Shown: positions 13,328 to 28,056 of the stretch, in pieces
Position numbering within the stretch: the stretch's first letter is position 1
How the letters are laid out: every line of letters begins with the position of its first letter
Assembly (NCBI RefSeq): GCF_006345805.1
Contig: NC_043012.1
Location: forward strand, 12,834,001-12,898,000
Origin: Octopus sinensis
Taxonomy: Eukaryota
DNA length: 64,000 nucleotides
Reading direction: 5' to 3'
Made by a program: the position numbers and the translations under genes
The notes under the pieces: model-generated
What the model saw: only the letters and a program-made list of their open reading frames with translations
Told to the model about the DNA's origin: nothing
Database searches by the model: none

Positions 13328-15562
13328 TAGGCAAAACGGACGACAACGTGTAACTGCACATTTCTGCATAACCATGTATAACACTAACTTTCTAAACTAC
13401 TGATAAATTGGTAAAAAGCATTAAACGTAAGCTACAAATATTTGTCAATATGTAATGTAGTCACTTCTTAATCTGATCTGAAGACGTCTTGGTGACTAGT
13501 GTCTCTTGATACTTCGGAATATATATTAAAAAAATAAAGCACAAATATTATAGAAAATTGGCTCTCCATCCATTTCACATCCTGCGGAGTTCACTTAAAT
13601 TCTATATAAAACGTACATGCTTTTATAAAACATATCCACACAATATATTATCTGGTTTCTTTATTGATAGCAAGAAAATGCTTAACCTGAACTCATTCTT
13701 ACAAACTCGACGTTGTCTGTTGTGCTGCTGTCACTGTTCGCCTGTAAAGTGGTTACCAGATAGTATTGCTTTCAATATCAACTGGTCCTTTATTTACCAA
13801 AAAAGGTGTCATCTCCAACGCAAATGGCACTTCAGCTTAATTGCCTGAATCTTAACCATATGTGATGAGAGCTTTCAAAAAATTTACTCCATTTCTATAA
13901 CGGACCAATCTCTTAAATAATTAAAATGGTTTGTCTTTTAACAATAACTGCTGTCAAATTCTTAGCACTATGTGGATACAATGCACGAGATTTGACACCT
14001 GAGTGAATCAATGACTTTTCATGCCCTAGATATAATCAAGAATAACTGAGTGTGATTCCAGGTAGATAAACTTCTCTTCTTATTTTATTCCTGTTCTTTC
14101 GACTAACACATATGCTTTCCCGTATGATTGTTACTTCAAGACGCCTAGACTATTACAAAGCTCTTGTCCAAACGAAAAGGTGTTAGATTATGTATTACGA
14201 AATGCACATGTTCTGAAGTATGCACAATTAAATTGCATAATGGTTACTATGGATAATGAAACTGAAAGACATCTAATTCGCAATATACACGAAATTTAAG
14301 AAAAGATTAGAGCATTGATACCTCACGTAAACCCCTGAAATGCAGTCGGCTAAAAAATCATAATCAAGAACAAGAGTAGAATGTATAGAAAAAAGGCTTG
14401 TCGCCAAATTTTTTTGTCCATTATGTTACTCTTCCTCAAATCATCAACCTTAATGTCGCACACACTAACAGATTATTTGGTAATACTCTGACTAGGCACG
14501 GCATATATCTTAGATACTATAACTGTGAATGAATCCAGTGAGTGCCAAAATAAAAGAATTAAAGTTAAGGGTTTAAATATGTACTAGGAATATACAGAAC
14601 ACATTTTTTGGTTGTAGAATAATGCAAAATTTGCTGATCATATATGAAAATTGTTAGAATAGTAATAACTGCGTATCTTCTAACATATAGAAATTTTAAA
14701 AAAACGGGTACAAAATAAGAAGCAATTTCTCCTACTTTCTCTTTGATTACCCTTTCACAACAAAGATGTTACTACGCCACGTTTCCAAACTGGTCATAAG
14801 ATCGAAACCTGATTCTCTGGAAGATCGGGTATTCTAATGACATATTGACGGAGATGATACACAATGACTTCGTTGTGTATTGCGTGTACAATACAACATT
14901 CCTTCAAGATATATGCTTTAGATTCCTTTTTATGTTGACTAAGAGACATTTAGGACGTGTAAATGTTCTTGGGTTTTAGCATTCTGTGTAGTTAACTTCT
15001 GATTATATTGTTTTGTTTTCTCTTTTTATGTATTTTCCCCTTCACCATGCATGTTTTTACTGTTGCATAAGGTATAATTATTTTGAAGCAGTATTTCCTT
15101 GATATTGTTCCGTACAATCGCACGAGTTTGCATTTGTATGTATGTATGTGTGTGCGATTGCTGTGAACGTTTTATTTATGCCTATTTCTCTGATCAAACT
15201 GCTGCACAGATGCAAGCAGCTCTTTGTGTTCATCGTTATTGCATAAAAAGAGATGCATATTTATATATAGAAAAACAAAATCACCAGTGAAGGTCATTAT
15301 TTTCATAGATAACAATCGATAGATACAGCAGTCAACTATGGTGAAAAATATTCCTTGATTTGTACTACAAAATTCTTTCATTCAATTGGATATTTCACTC
15401 ATTATTTTTGAGCTGATTGCTTCAGATATCAGTTCTAAACTTCGGTTTAGAATTTTAAAAGAAAATATTTATATAGGCTAATGTCTAAAGCCTTAAATAT
15501 GGCGTCATTTTATAGCTTTATGGCTATACATCTGAGAGAGCCGAGGTACATAGAATAGTATA

Positions 15563-15792
15563 TATTTCTTTATTGCCCACAGGGGGCTAAATACAGTGGG
15601 GACAAACAAAGACAGACAAACAGATTAAATCGATTACATCGACCCCAGTGAGTAACTGGTACTTATTTAATCGACCCCGAAAGGATGAAAGGCAAAGTCG
15701 ACCTCGTCGGAATTTGAACTCAGAACGTAACGGCAGACGAAATACCGTTAAGGATTTCGCCCGGCGTGCTAACGGTTCTGCCAGCTCGCCGC
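15563..15792 (-). mobile_element. SINE family A, full length
   Basis: Near-identical to 2733-2972. Confidence 0.9.
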
Positions 15793-16751
15793 ATTTGAGG
15801 TACAAAGAATGGTATATTTTACGCAGTATTAGAATAGGTAGCTCAACCAAAGAAAAGACATGATACACGCGTACACACACTCTCACAATTCTCTATCTCT
15901 CTCTCTCCCTCTCCCTCTCCTTTTCTCTTTCATTTCCATAGAAAAAATTATATACATAAATTCATAGATACATGGACGTATATTTGAGAAATGTTTTCAG
16001 TAAAAGAGTTTTCATTTTAAAATCTATGCTACGAGAGAACCAATGACCATATTTGACGACCTGGTTATATTTGAGTAGAAGACTATACTTAATTTAAGTA
16101 AACTATATTTGCTTAGCAGGCTATATATAGGGAGAGAAACCTTTGAGCTGATGTTGGATTTTGTCGTCTTACAACAGCGAAATTTCTGTTTATTCTAGGA
16201 AATTGATGCTTTATTATATGCCAGCACAGTTGTTTTTATACATAACCTGAAAATCTACAACACATAAAGTTAGGGGGAAATAGACAGAGATATTTTGTGT
16301 GTAGAAAACAAACTACGAGTCGTTCAACACATATGAAGAGATGCTTTGCACTTCCTAACAAATTTACTAGTCACATGCTAATACATGCCAACATACTATT
16401 ATAAGCCAAACAAAACTATATGAATAATACAGATTTTTTTGCAGGGTGGGGGGGATGTCATAAAAGAGTATAAATTTATCAGGTACAAACAAGTGTCAAA
16501 ATGTATGTCATAAAAAAGGGCATCAGATAAAATGTAGTAGAAAAGAAAAGAATTAATTAAACACGTATCTAGATTTCCAGGCTTCAGAGATACTACAATA
16601 AAAAAAAGGCACACATTGGTTTATAAGTAACGTAATGATGTAATTAAAATCAGAGTCATGTGTAAAGCTACATAATTCTAATATGGTCCAGAAAATTTTG
16701 GAAAAACATCATATACAAAGAGGGTAAATAAAACAGAGTCTAATCACTCAG

Positions 16752-17188
16752 TCTATACATATAAAGCTGAAGTTGTCTGTGTGTGTGTGTGGCAGGCTTG
16801 GTAGCCTTCAACTAACACACTAACACTATCTCCTCCGAGATCATGCGGCGCAAGTTGACGAAAATTGAGATTATGATAGAAGAAAGCTTGTTCTTCATTC
16901 CGTAGAAAACAAACTTCAAATCGGACAATGTTAAGACCAAAAATTATTTACATTTCTATGAAAATCGCTATTTTTTACGATTTTTTGACTGCTGAGTCGC
17001 CATTTTTCAGTGTATTTCAACCAGAAAAATTTTCACTTATAGAGAATAAAAAGCTATATAATGCAAAAGTTTTACCTTTCAAAAAAAGATTGAAACTATG
17101 TCAAAACTTTGCTAAAGCGACATCAAAGTCTGCCATTTTAATCGCAACTAAAAAACAATCCCGAGCAACGCCGGGCTATACTGCTAGT
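16752..17188 (+). mobile_element. Non-autonomous Helitron
   Basis: Starts TCtatacatataaa, has an internal (TG)n, and ends with a GC hairpin cccgagcaacgccggg (17160-17175) followed by CTAG (17184-17187). Confidence 0.75.
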
Positions 17189-18144
17189 CGATATATATAG
17201 AAATACTGCTGGGACTATGAGACATGACCCACCAGTCACAGGACTGTGTAAGAAAGAGAAAGTTAGTGTTATATTCTATCAGGGGAATCTAATGGTTTGC
17301 AAGATTTGTTTGCGAATAATGAGTGTAAATTCGAGAAACAAGACGTTGAACATGAGGAAGGACAATTGAACAATTTACATACAGTACATAGGGGAATTCT
17401 CTGTGTGATTTGCATTAAGTGACACATGTACTTTAAGTCAATTAATTATCTAGCTGATTAATATACAAGCACATACTATAAAAATTTAAACCACACAAGG
17501 GCCTACTTTAATGATCATCTCCGTGTTAGTGTTCAGCAGTATTTTGTTTTTATTCTATAGCTCCCATTATTAATTAAATGGAAAAATGCAAGCAAGAGAA
17601 ACTACGTTTATAAATCTGGAAAAGTACAGGGCAAGCTATTACACTTGGAAAAATTGAAGACAAGTTATTACATCGGATAAAATATCAAACATGTTTTTTT
17701 TTTACTTGAAATATTGCAGCTAAGGATAACATTTCAAATAAAGTATTTAGAAAATATCAGCTTTTCTAAATATCACATTTAGAAAATATCAGTTTCTATT
17801 AAAACTATAACTTTTATTACAAGTTATTACTTCTAGTTTTATTACTTGTTACTTCTATTAAAATATTATTAAAAGATTCAATAAAAATTTCTTTAAAAAT
17901 TTAAATTTAAAAAAATTCCTTTTTAAATCATTAATTAATAATTAGAAATTTGAAATAAGGTTACAAAAATAATAGTTGTACATAAATAGAATAATACAAA
18001 AATTAGTTACATATTACAATAAAATCTACCTATCACACCAAATTCACAATCAGATTTCCTGGAGTTATTGCCTAAGTTATTGCCAAGCCTTCGCATTTTT
18101 AGTCTTGACACAATGCGTAATCTTTACATAATTAATTTGCCTCA

Positions 18145-18212
18145 CAGGTATACATCCATTCAGCTTGAAAACATCAGCAGGCAAGTTTTTGAAGCTGAGA
18201 GGATGTATACTG
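18145..18212. other. 68-nt near-perfect hairpin
   Basis: gtatacatcc/ggatgtatac (10 bp), tcagctt/aagctga (7 bp), aaaac/gtttt (5 bp), 12-nt loop. Confidence 0.8.
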
Positions 18213-18235
18213 TGTTTGACTTTCTTATTCTTCTC

Positions 18236-18270
18236 TACCCACTGACGAATGATCGAATCCGAAACGTTAC
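18236..18270 (+). ncRNA. Minimal hammerhead core truncated at the cleavage site
   Basis: CTGACGA-a-tgat cga atcc-GAAA-cg-TT, then straight into ac(AT)n. No 3' strand of stem I. Confidence 0.5.
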
Positions 18271-18499
18271 ATATATATATATATATATATATATATTCAC
18301 ATATAACATTTGAGTTGAAGATTCTGGTGTAAATGGCCGTCATGTAATTTTATTAAAAATATAAATGTGAATGGTGTATGTATCCGAAACTTTAATGCAT
18401 TTCCTAGTCTCTGTCAATTCTTAGAGCTAAGGGCCTGGAATTTAAATACCCTTAAATTTTGAAACTAGGAATATTTATGCAGTAAATGCTCGTACCTTT

Positions 18500-18711
18500 T
18501 CATTCACTTTGTTGTTGCTGTCATTGTTGTTGTTGTTCTTTTTCTTCTTCTTCTTCATCTTCTTCTTCTTCTTCTTCTTCTTCTTCTTCTTCTTCTTCTC
18601 CTTCTTCTTCTCCTTCTTCTTCTTCTTCTTCATCCCCATCATCATGTCTCCTCTTCCTTCTCCTACTCGTCCACCTCCTAATACTGCTGCTGCCACTACT
18701 ACTACTACTAT

Positions 18712-18760
<49 letters not shown>

Positions 18761-18761
18761 G

Positions 18762-18797
<36 letters not shown>

Positions 18798-18806
18798 TTA
18801 CTACTT

Positions 18807-18847
<41 letters not shown>

Positions 18848-18893
18848 TCTGTGGCTGCTACCATTACTACTTATCCTTCTGCACCTTCTAATT

Positions 18894-18925
<32 letters not shown>

Positions 18926-18970
18926 GCCACTAGAGCTGCTACAACAACAACAACAACAATAATAATGATA

Positions 18971-19032
<62 letters not shown>

Positions 19033-19046
19033 AAGAAGAAGAAGAA

Positions 19047-19081
<35 letters not shown>

Positions 19082-19085
19082 AATA
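18500..19085. repeat. Compound trinucleotide repeat (TGT/TCT/ACT/GCT/ACA/ATA/AGA)
   Basis: Direct inspection. Confidence 0.95.
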
Positions 19086-21045
19086 CAACTACCTGCAAAA
19101 TGAAAGTGTATGAGTTCTTGAATTATGTAATCCTATGTGATCAACAAAGGCTTCACTGGCGCCTGATCGCTGGAAAGCAAAATGAATCCACTCTAAACAA
19201 ATATGAAAAGCAAGAGAGAAGGCCTTAAGAAACACCTATTTCATACTATACACTTCAAAGACATGATAACTCAGCAAATTTGTTGATAATGGAATTTCAT
19301 TCGCCTAGTTTACATCATTACTACTTCGTAATCGGCCATGCTTCGTCTCCTTTATTAGTAAAATTCATCTGTTCAGCTATTCATTCCTTAATAAAGAATT
19401 ACTCTACTCTTAATTATCCAACTCTGAGCATAGAACAAAATCTTCCTAAGTTATGCCCTCCGCGTATGGAAACGTAATACACAACATTCTTTTCAATGCA
19501 AGGAATGTACCATATAAGCATTATAGCTCGTGATGTTGACTAAATGTGAATAGCTGTTTGTTCAGGGAAATATTCATAAACAAAATGCTGAATTAAATCT
19601 TATATGCTTTTACACATGTGCTAAAATACACGAAGTGAAAGCATGGAAATTACTAATTGAAAGCAAAAATACCATAGGTAACCAAAATAAATTGCATTAA
19701 AGGAATCTATAAACTTACATAAAGAAAGTATGTAATCATAAGCCAATTACTGAAGAACCGCCGATGTCAATCAGCATTATTCAACATGATTATGAATATT
19801 TGCTTTTAAACATATCAATTGATTTGATTTCATTTCCGTAATTTGATTTAAAACACTATTGATTGCTTCGAACACAAATTAGTTGCGCATTTACAATCAC
19901 GTGTGATTTCATTTAGAAGGAAAAAAAGATGTGATATTCCAGAACAATTTATAACAGTCTTCATAAAAATATTCAAAGAACATATCCAAGAAGATAATAT
20001 CAAAATGAAAATGGAGGCAAATATATAGAAACGTGTGCGTGTGTGTGTGTGCGGGGTGTGCGTGTGTGTGCGTGTGCGAGTGAGTGTGTGCTTGTATTTG
20101 TGAGCATGTTTCACACAGATGAAGCTAATCAGAAGATTCAGAACAGTGAAACTATAAATGTTGTTTGTGATGTTGAGGAAGTTGAGATATGTTTTTTTTT
20201 TTTTTTTTTTCCTATAACATTGTAGACCAAGTTGTGCTTTTACACTTCATATCTACGATTATTGTTTTTATACTTTTGTTGAATTGTATTTTCATGTTTT
20301 CCTGGCCGATAAGTTTAGTACTATTCAAAAACTCGAACAATTAGAAGAGATTATACAACTTCCCAGAATGTAAGACAAAATTGATTGAGTAGCGAACACT
20401 GTTACTTGTCATATGATATCAGCTCAAAATTTTTACTTCGAAGATTACAGTGGCGATAAAAGTAACAAAATGTTCAGATTTCAAAGTTTATGTCTAAAAT
20501 CACTATCATTATATTTGCTTGTGTTTTTTTCTTTTCATGTTTTCCTTGTTTCATTCATTTCACTGCAGCCATGCTGGTGTACTGCCTTGAATTTTTTAAT
20601 CGAACAGTTCGACCCAGGAACTTCTATCTATTAACACTAGTACTTATTCTATCGGTCTCTTTTGACGCTAGATTGTGAGAACGTAAATATACAAGCACCG
20701 TTTGTTAAGCGGTGGTGGTGAGGGACAAACATACACACACACACACACATTATCGGGTATCTCGGCTTATGGCCCGGTGTGCCCATTTCCTTCAATCGGA
20801 ATGCCCATTTTCCTTCGATAAAAATACTTAAAAGATGTCTAAAGATCACATAACATAATTTCTAAAATGTATCTCTCTCTCCCTCGATCTCACACCTACA
20901 CAAACACACACATGCGGACACGGACACATGCACGCAAACGCATCTAAATACATATGTTCATTTCTACTTGTATGTGTACGTGTGTGCACGTGTATCAGTG
21001 TTTCCTAATTGCGTATTTTTGTGTATGTGTATATGCACGAGATAT

Positions 21046-21360
<315 letters not shown>

Positions 21361-21410
21361 TATATATATATGTGTGTGTGTGTGTGCGTGTGTGTGTATA
21401 TATATATGTG

Positions 21411-21470
<60 letters not shown>

Positions 21471-21719
21471 CTTGATAGATAGATAGATATACACACACAA
21501 ACACACAGAGAAAGACACACACACAAACAACCACATACACCTAGACACCTATATATATGTATTTATTTATGTATGTATGTATGTATGTATTTTTGTATGT
21601 ATGTACATTATATACTCGTGAAACTGGGTTTCAAAACTTTAAGTTTGAAAGTCTAGAAGTAAATAAGAGATAAAAGAAACTAGAGAAATGGAGAACAAAG
21701 ATGTAAACATACAATAATA

Positions 21720-21828
21720 ATGCAGATAGTATGCCAAAGATTGCCAAAGACAATGAGACGAGGATGGTGGAATAGCCGGAATGATTATTGGCAGTCGAAC
21801 AGATATCGTCCTGGCAACCTGCCGTTTG

Positions 21829-21881
<53 letters not shown>

Positions 21882-22990
21882 GAGACGAAACAGTGTGGTA
21901 TTCTTAAAATATAATGCAAAATGTCAAAATAGTGTCCTCTAAAAGTATAAGACTACCCAACGATATTGAGACCAATGGATATACGTACTTGGGTGCTTTG
22001 GAACATGACAGAATCAAGGGAAACTTTAGGAGAGAATATCTCAGAAGTATGAAAATAATTATTGGAAGTAGTCCCAATGGAAAAAAACAAAATCAGGGCA
22101 ATGAACGTATAGGGGGTCCTTAATATAATATGGCACAGGTGTTGTTTGGTGAACAAAGAACGAACTCGAGGAAATGTGCACGAAAACCAGAAATGTGGTG
22201 ACAACTAAAAATGTACAGCATTCTAAAAGCGATATTGACAGGCTGTGTGTGTGCGTAGGAGCATTGGCGAAAGAGGCGTGAGTTGGCAAGATATGTATTG
22301 TTAACGAGAAGGATGTTCTGGGATGGTACATCAAAGAGCAGACTGAAACAATGCTTGCCGATGTTAGAATTAGCGGTACCAGAAAATGTGATGCACACTC
22401 ATACATTTAGGAAACAACATCAAGTAGAAAGAATAACAATCCGAAAATGAAATCACTGCATGGGCAATTCCTCAGAATAATCAAAGGAAAAGACAAGACC
22501 AACAGAGTAAAAGGATTAAGAAAAAGTGATCTGAAAGGATGCACTGGGTTCTAATTACACCAAGTCCCAAATAGATAAAAGCAGTGAAACGTCCCTTTCT
22601 AGGGTGTTTGGCAATAAAAGCGAAACGATCTCATAATTTGTGGCTGTAGCAAGCTGACCCAAATGCAATCCAAAAAGACGAGGCACGATAACTTGGTTAC
22701 GTTGGTTCATTGGAGGCAATGAGAAAATGCTCGGCCTCCACAGAGCACGGAAATGCTATGGACATGAATCAGAATGAGAAATCGAGAGCATGCAGTATGA
22801 TATTTTTGATTTTACAGTGCAATGTGTCTCCCTAAACGCTGCTCGGAGACCAGATATTGTAGTAGATAAAGGAAAAAAGAAAACCAAGATTATAGATATT
22901 TTAATACTTGGGGATGCAAGCATAAGTAACAAGATTCAAAAGTAGAGAATACCAAAAGACGAAATTGCCAAAGTAAATGTGAATATGTAC
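21720..22990 (+). mobile_element. R4/Dong-clade non-LTR retrotransposon remnant (RT C-terminus, CCHC region, restriction-like endonuclease)
   Basis: GYTYLGALEHDRIK, HSKSDIDRL, SLHGQFLR, GCSKL..., RHDNL, RRPDIVV..K....KIIDI in broken frames. Interrupted by (TA)n. Confidence 0.8.
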
Positions 22991-23005
22991 TGACTTGGAA
23001 ATTTG

Positions 23006-23073
<68 letters not shown>

Positions 23074-23076
23074 GTA

Positions 23077-23131
<55 letters not shown>

Positions 23132-23136
23132 ATATA

Positions 23137-23544
<408 letters not shown>

Positions 23545-23550
23545 ATATAC

Positions 23551-24711
23551 ATGGTAGAGGTTAGATTCCGCACAGACTAAAGAAGCGAAACATCACTTTC
23601 TGAATCTCCTCAAAAGCTAGGAGCTGTTGTTGGTACCTTTAAATTGCGGTGAGAGACTGGCCAAAATAATGATTCAACAGATGCCGTCAGAAATAGACAT
23701 TCCTTGTCTAATTGCTGCGGTAAGGATAGGTATCGGGAAAAAATGAGGAAACCATCTTAGCCAATCAAACCAAAAAGAACTGGTCCGAGATGAGAAAGAA
23801 CTCCTCATTCAAACGTTCCAAAAGAATGTAGATCCCATCCCGGACCAGATCCTTCTTCTCGGAGACAACATAATTCCAGTCAGAGTAGATGGCGGGAAAG
23901 CAAAGTACCACGTTTGCTTTTGGACTAATCATTTAAAATCCTTCTGCCCTAGATTGGAGGAAAAGGAGATGGGAACGTGTCCTCCACTTCTTGATGCGGA
24001 ACGGATGGCCATCACAGGTGGTGAGTCGGAACGCGATGAAGAGTGGAAGCTGAAAATTAAAATACGAAAAAGAGACAGCAAGAAAAACAAACAGATGGAC
24101 AAAAAACAACGATCCTTGTCCGCACAAGTAGAGAAAAAAAATAAAACCAACAAAAACAAATACAACCAAAACAAACACAGCATCGACACCACCATCTCAA
24201 ACTCCCTAAACATAAAACTATCCCACGCGTACAACCATAACAACACATTCAGTGGAGGCGCAATGGCCCAGTTTTTAGGGCAGCGGACTCGCGGTCGTAA
24301 GATCGCGGTTTCGATTCCCAGACCGATCATTGTGAGTGTTTATTGAGCAAAAACACCTAAGCTCCATCAGGCTCCGGCGCGAATGATGATGGTGAACCCC
24401 GCTGTACTTTTTCACCACCAATTTCTCTCACTCTTTCTTCCTACTTCTGCTACGAAGCAGAAAAACCATGGTGTAACCTACTATGGTGTAGTAAAATTTC
24501 TAATGCTCCGTATCCCAGGATGGTTCAGCCCTCCACCCGTTAAAATCCACTGTTTGCGGAATGAGTATAACAACGTGGCTTTCGCGCCCGTGCAACCACC
24601 AGTCTATCGCGTGTGGTGGGTGGACCTTCAAGTTGCCACACGCATTCTTAGTAGCTTAGAGTAGGCTTGGATTAGAGATTATCCTTTGTGGCTAACGGCG
24701 TGAGTCCTGAT

Positions 24712-24744
<33 letters not shown>

Positions 24745-25630
24745 AAGAAGAGAAGAAGAAGAAGAAGAAGAAGATCACAAGAACAACAATTCCAACCACC
24801 ACCACAACAACAACAACAACAACAACAGCAACAGCAGCAACAACAAACAGATATTAAAGCGACTAGCATTACAAATAACATGTCAATAAGCACAAAAAAC
24901 AATGAATTAAGGAATTACATAACACACACACATTATACGAGAAGATTTTTCCACACCTACAATCTCACTACCTGCCCACAAATAGATCATTCAAACAACA
25001 TAAAACACATCCACACACTTAAAAACTCAGTTTTCACAAGAAATCGGAGATTTTCGAGGGAATATCACCAAGAGAATACTTGGTGATTACTGTTGGAAAC
25101 ACCCTAAGCCAGCAGGGGGGACGGGCAATCCTCCCCTCCAATCAAAAGCAAGTATGTTTTCCTTTTCTTTTTTCTGATAACATGGTAGTGCACAGAACAG
25201 GTTGCATCAATGTACGTGGCCTGGGGTCGCCCTAGAAGCGGGATCACATGATTAACGACCTCACGACACTGAATGTAGACGTGGTGGCCATTAGTGAAAC
25301 TAGAATTTCCGATTCGCAGACTCCGAACCCATTTTTGGTGACTATGAGGTGTACGCATCTCCAAATCTTCCGGGAGCTAGTGGCGGAATCGTCGTGATAG
25401 TTCGGAAAAAAATCTAGATCTTGCAATAACGACTCTCTTCCTGGATCCGGAAGGTAAGTCGGTGGTCCTAGTCGTGACTGGCGAGGAAAGACATACTTTC
25501 AAGCTAGAAGCCATCTATGCCCCGATAGGGACAGGACGACCATATTTCTTCAGACGTCTGAAAACGTTCCTAAGCACGTCACGCTCTTTAGTGTTAGTGG
25601 GGAATTAGAATGGACTCTTAGATGTAATTT
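23551..25630 (+). mobile_element. Tx1/L1-like LINE remnant: ORF1 pieces plus APE endonuclease
   Basis: 25200-25620 reads GCINVRGL...DVVAISET...GGIVV...DPEG...AIYAP...FFRRL...LVLVGN*NGLLD with frameshifts. Upstream is a decayed zinc knuckle (VCFWTNHLKSFCP). Confidence 0.7.
24250..24450 (+). mobile_element. SINE family D (tRNA-derived head), 3'-truncated, nested in the Tx1-like LINE
   Basis: ggaggcgcaatggcccag...gggcagcggactcgcggtcgtaagatcgcggtttcgattccc, shared with 38668 and 50300. Confidence 0.85.
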
Positions 25631-25819
25631 AGGTCTGTATTGGTTTACCAGATAAGAGAGGATATTATTTATTATATCATTACAAAAATATGATATAATA
25701 TAGTATTATATTAATAAATTTTAAATCTCGAATTGGTAATTGTATATCCCTATTTTCTATTCATATATATATATAATCCTTAAATCCTTAAAACCTTAAA
25801 AATGTTTCAACCCGAAATC

Positions 25820-26275
25820 TGCGGCCATGCTGGGCACCACCGTTGACTGTGCTACATTAGTATGAGAAACAACCTCTGATACGTGGCACTTGGTCAACAA
25901 AGGAGTTCTATGCTGCTGCCCGCGTCTGTGTTTCCTGCCGAGAGGTAGGTTCATCTAGAACCCCTGACAAGAAGAGATCGTGCTTAGATTTTTTAAAAAC
26001 CCACATCCACGCCATACATATCTCTTAAGCAGATATATTGAAGAGCTGTGGTCCCCTTAAACCCATGCTGTTCCATTATCTGGTCCTGTATTTTGATGGT
26101 GATGTTGGGATCTTTGGCATCATGCAGTGCCCCCCCCCTTCTGCTGTTGGTGTAACTTTCAATGCCAAAAATTTGGGACAAGCCCTCCAGGATTTTCCAG
26201 ATGTATATCACTCCATATCTCTCCCGCCTTCGCTCCACGGAGAAGAGTTTTAATACTTTCAGTCATTCCCAGTAG
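25820..26275 (-). mobile_element. CR1-group LINE 3' fragment
   Basis: ORF RRRERYGVIYIWKILEGL..FGIESYTN; colinear with 55985-56440. Confidence 0.85.
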
Positions 26276-26436
26276 CTGATATGTTGCATTTAGACGATCT
26301 TCTTAGTGTAGTTTCGTTGGATTGCTTCGAGTCCTGCTGTTAAGTTTATATTGTGTAGTTAGGGGCAGTAGTGCAAGCGGCTGAGGACGAATGTCATCCA
26401 AAGACCAGCAGTGTCTCCTTCTCTCTTGTTCTGAAA

Positions 26437-26498
26437 GTTCGGAGGATCTATCCAGCTATAGTTCGGAGGATCCATCCAGCTAGAGTTCGGAGGATCCA
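26437..26498. repeat. 24-bp tandem repeat, about 2.5 units
   Basis: gttcggaggatc(t/c)atccagcta(t/g)a. Confidence 0.9.
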
Positions 26499-27220
26499 AT
26501 GACTAACATATGACATATGCAGTAACTAATGAAATACGTATGAAAGATACAGGTGGCTAAATTGTACAATCGTTTGTTCCAAATCAGCATTCTTTTGGAT
26601 TGTATCCTTATAATTTTGTCTAAATTGTTAAGCATTTGGAGCCAACTTTTGAGAAATGCAACTTTTTAGAAATAGAACTTTTGTGACTGACTTGTAATAT
26701 TTCGTACACCACACTGTTAATTTAGCAGGATATTTCTTACGTAAATGATTTTTAAAAATCAATAAAAGAAATACTGTTTTTCCAAATTTAAATATTTTTA
26801 GCGTTCATAACACCAGTGTTCATCGATACTAATTTACTTTTGCAAATCTTACTTGACATGCCTTCACAGATCTTTCTAATTCAGTATTTACGTGTGATTA
26901 AGAAGTTAAATTTTTGTTCCATTCACGTAATATAAAATGACGGACTGCCTGGCGGTCTACTTCATCGTCTACTTAAGAGATCGTTGCTAAATATTTGCTT
27001 TCTTGTCGATTAGATTTTATCTGTTTGGTTTGAATAGCTTTATGCTCTTCTGATGGCGCTTCAGAGAAATCTAGTGGAAGAAATCTTGCCGACATCGTAA
27101 TTGATCTGCAACACAGAATATGGAAGTAACTATATATGCACATACGTACATACACACACACACATATATATATATATGTACAATTCTATCTATCTCTCTA
27201 TCTATCTCTCTATCTATCTC

Positions 27221-27278
<58 letters not shown>

Positions 27279-27279
<1 letters not shown>

Positions 27280-27500
27280 CTACATTTAAATGGCTATTTC
27301 TGTCTGTTTGTGTGTGTATTTGTGAAAGTATTACTTTAATTCGTCTGAGACTATTCAACCGATCTTCATGAAACTTGGCAGGTGTCTGGGGCTTATATGT
27401 GCATGCAATGCCCTATGCACTTGTTATTTCAAAGGAAAATCGATAATCTTTTTTTTTATCAGCAGCCATTTTTCAAAAATCAATAGGAAATTGCATTGCA
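27279..27500 (+). mobile_element. Probable non-autonomous Helitron 5' part
   Basis: TC start after (TATC)n, a gtctgtttgtgtgtgt block, and caaccgatcttcatgaaacttggca, as in DINE/Helitron-type non-autonomous elements. Confidence 0.4.
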
Positions 27501-27699
27501 AATTCTCTTTTGAATGTTGTATCTTCATATTGCGGGTTGTTATGTAATTTGTATTGAAATTAATAATATATTTTTCTTCTTTAGTATTTAATTGAACTGA
27601 CGATTATTTAGGTACATAGAAAGACCACATTTGGGTATAGAACACTCGTTATACGATGTTGTACCAAAAAGAAAGCAGAACTTTGCAGTATTATTATAT

Positions 27700-27910
27700 T
27701 CACTTAGGTTGAAAAGTTTACATTTTTATTGCTTTCAAATATTTACCATTCAAAGCAGTGCATCTGTCCACCTTTGAAGTTTTTCCATTGTTGGAAGCAG
27801 TGCTGGAATTCTTGCGATGTGATGATGCCTTTTATGCCTACATAGATTTTTCTTCACCTCTTCCACAAACTTCTAATTTTCTTATGTTTAGACAGACGTT
27901 CTCTGGAACC
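27700..27910 (-). mobile_element. mariner transposase C-terminal remnant
   Basis: Minus strand ITSQEFQHCFQQWK...RWT.C....G.Y, frameshifted. Confidence 0.55.
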
Positions 27911-28002
27911 ATATAGATAAAAGCCAATCGCATAGTATAGTAGATAAGTATATTCGGCTTCCTATATTTGTCCTTTGATGGCATGCGATACTCTCTCACT
28001 CT

Positions 28003-28056
<54 letters not shown>

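Noticed and set aside
26437-26498. 24-bp repeats as a CRISPR-like array
   Set aside because: Units are contiguous with no spacers, in eukaryotic context.
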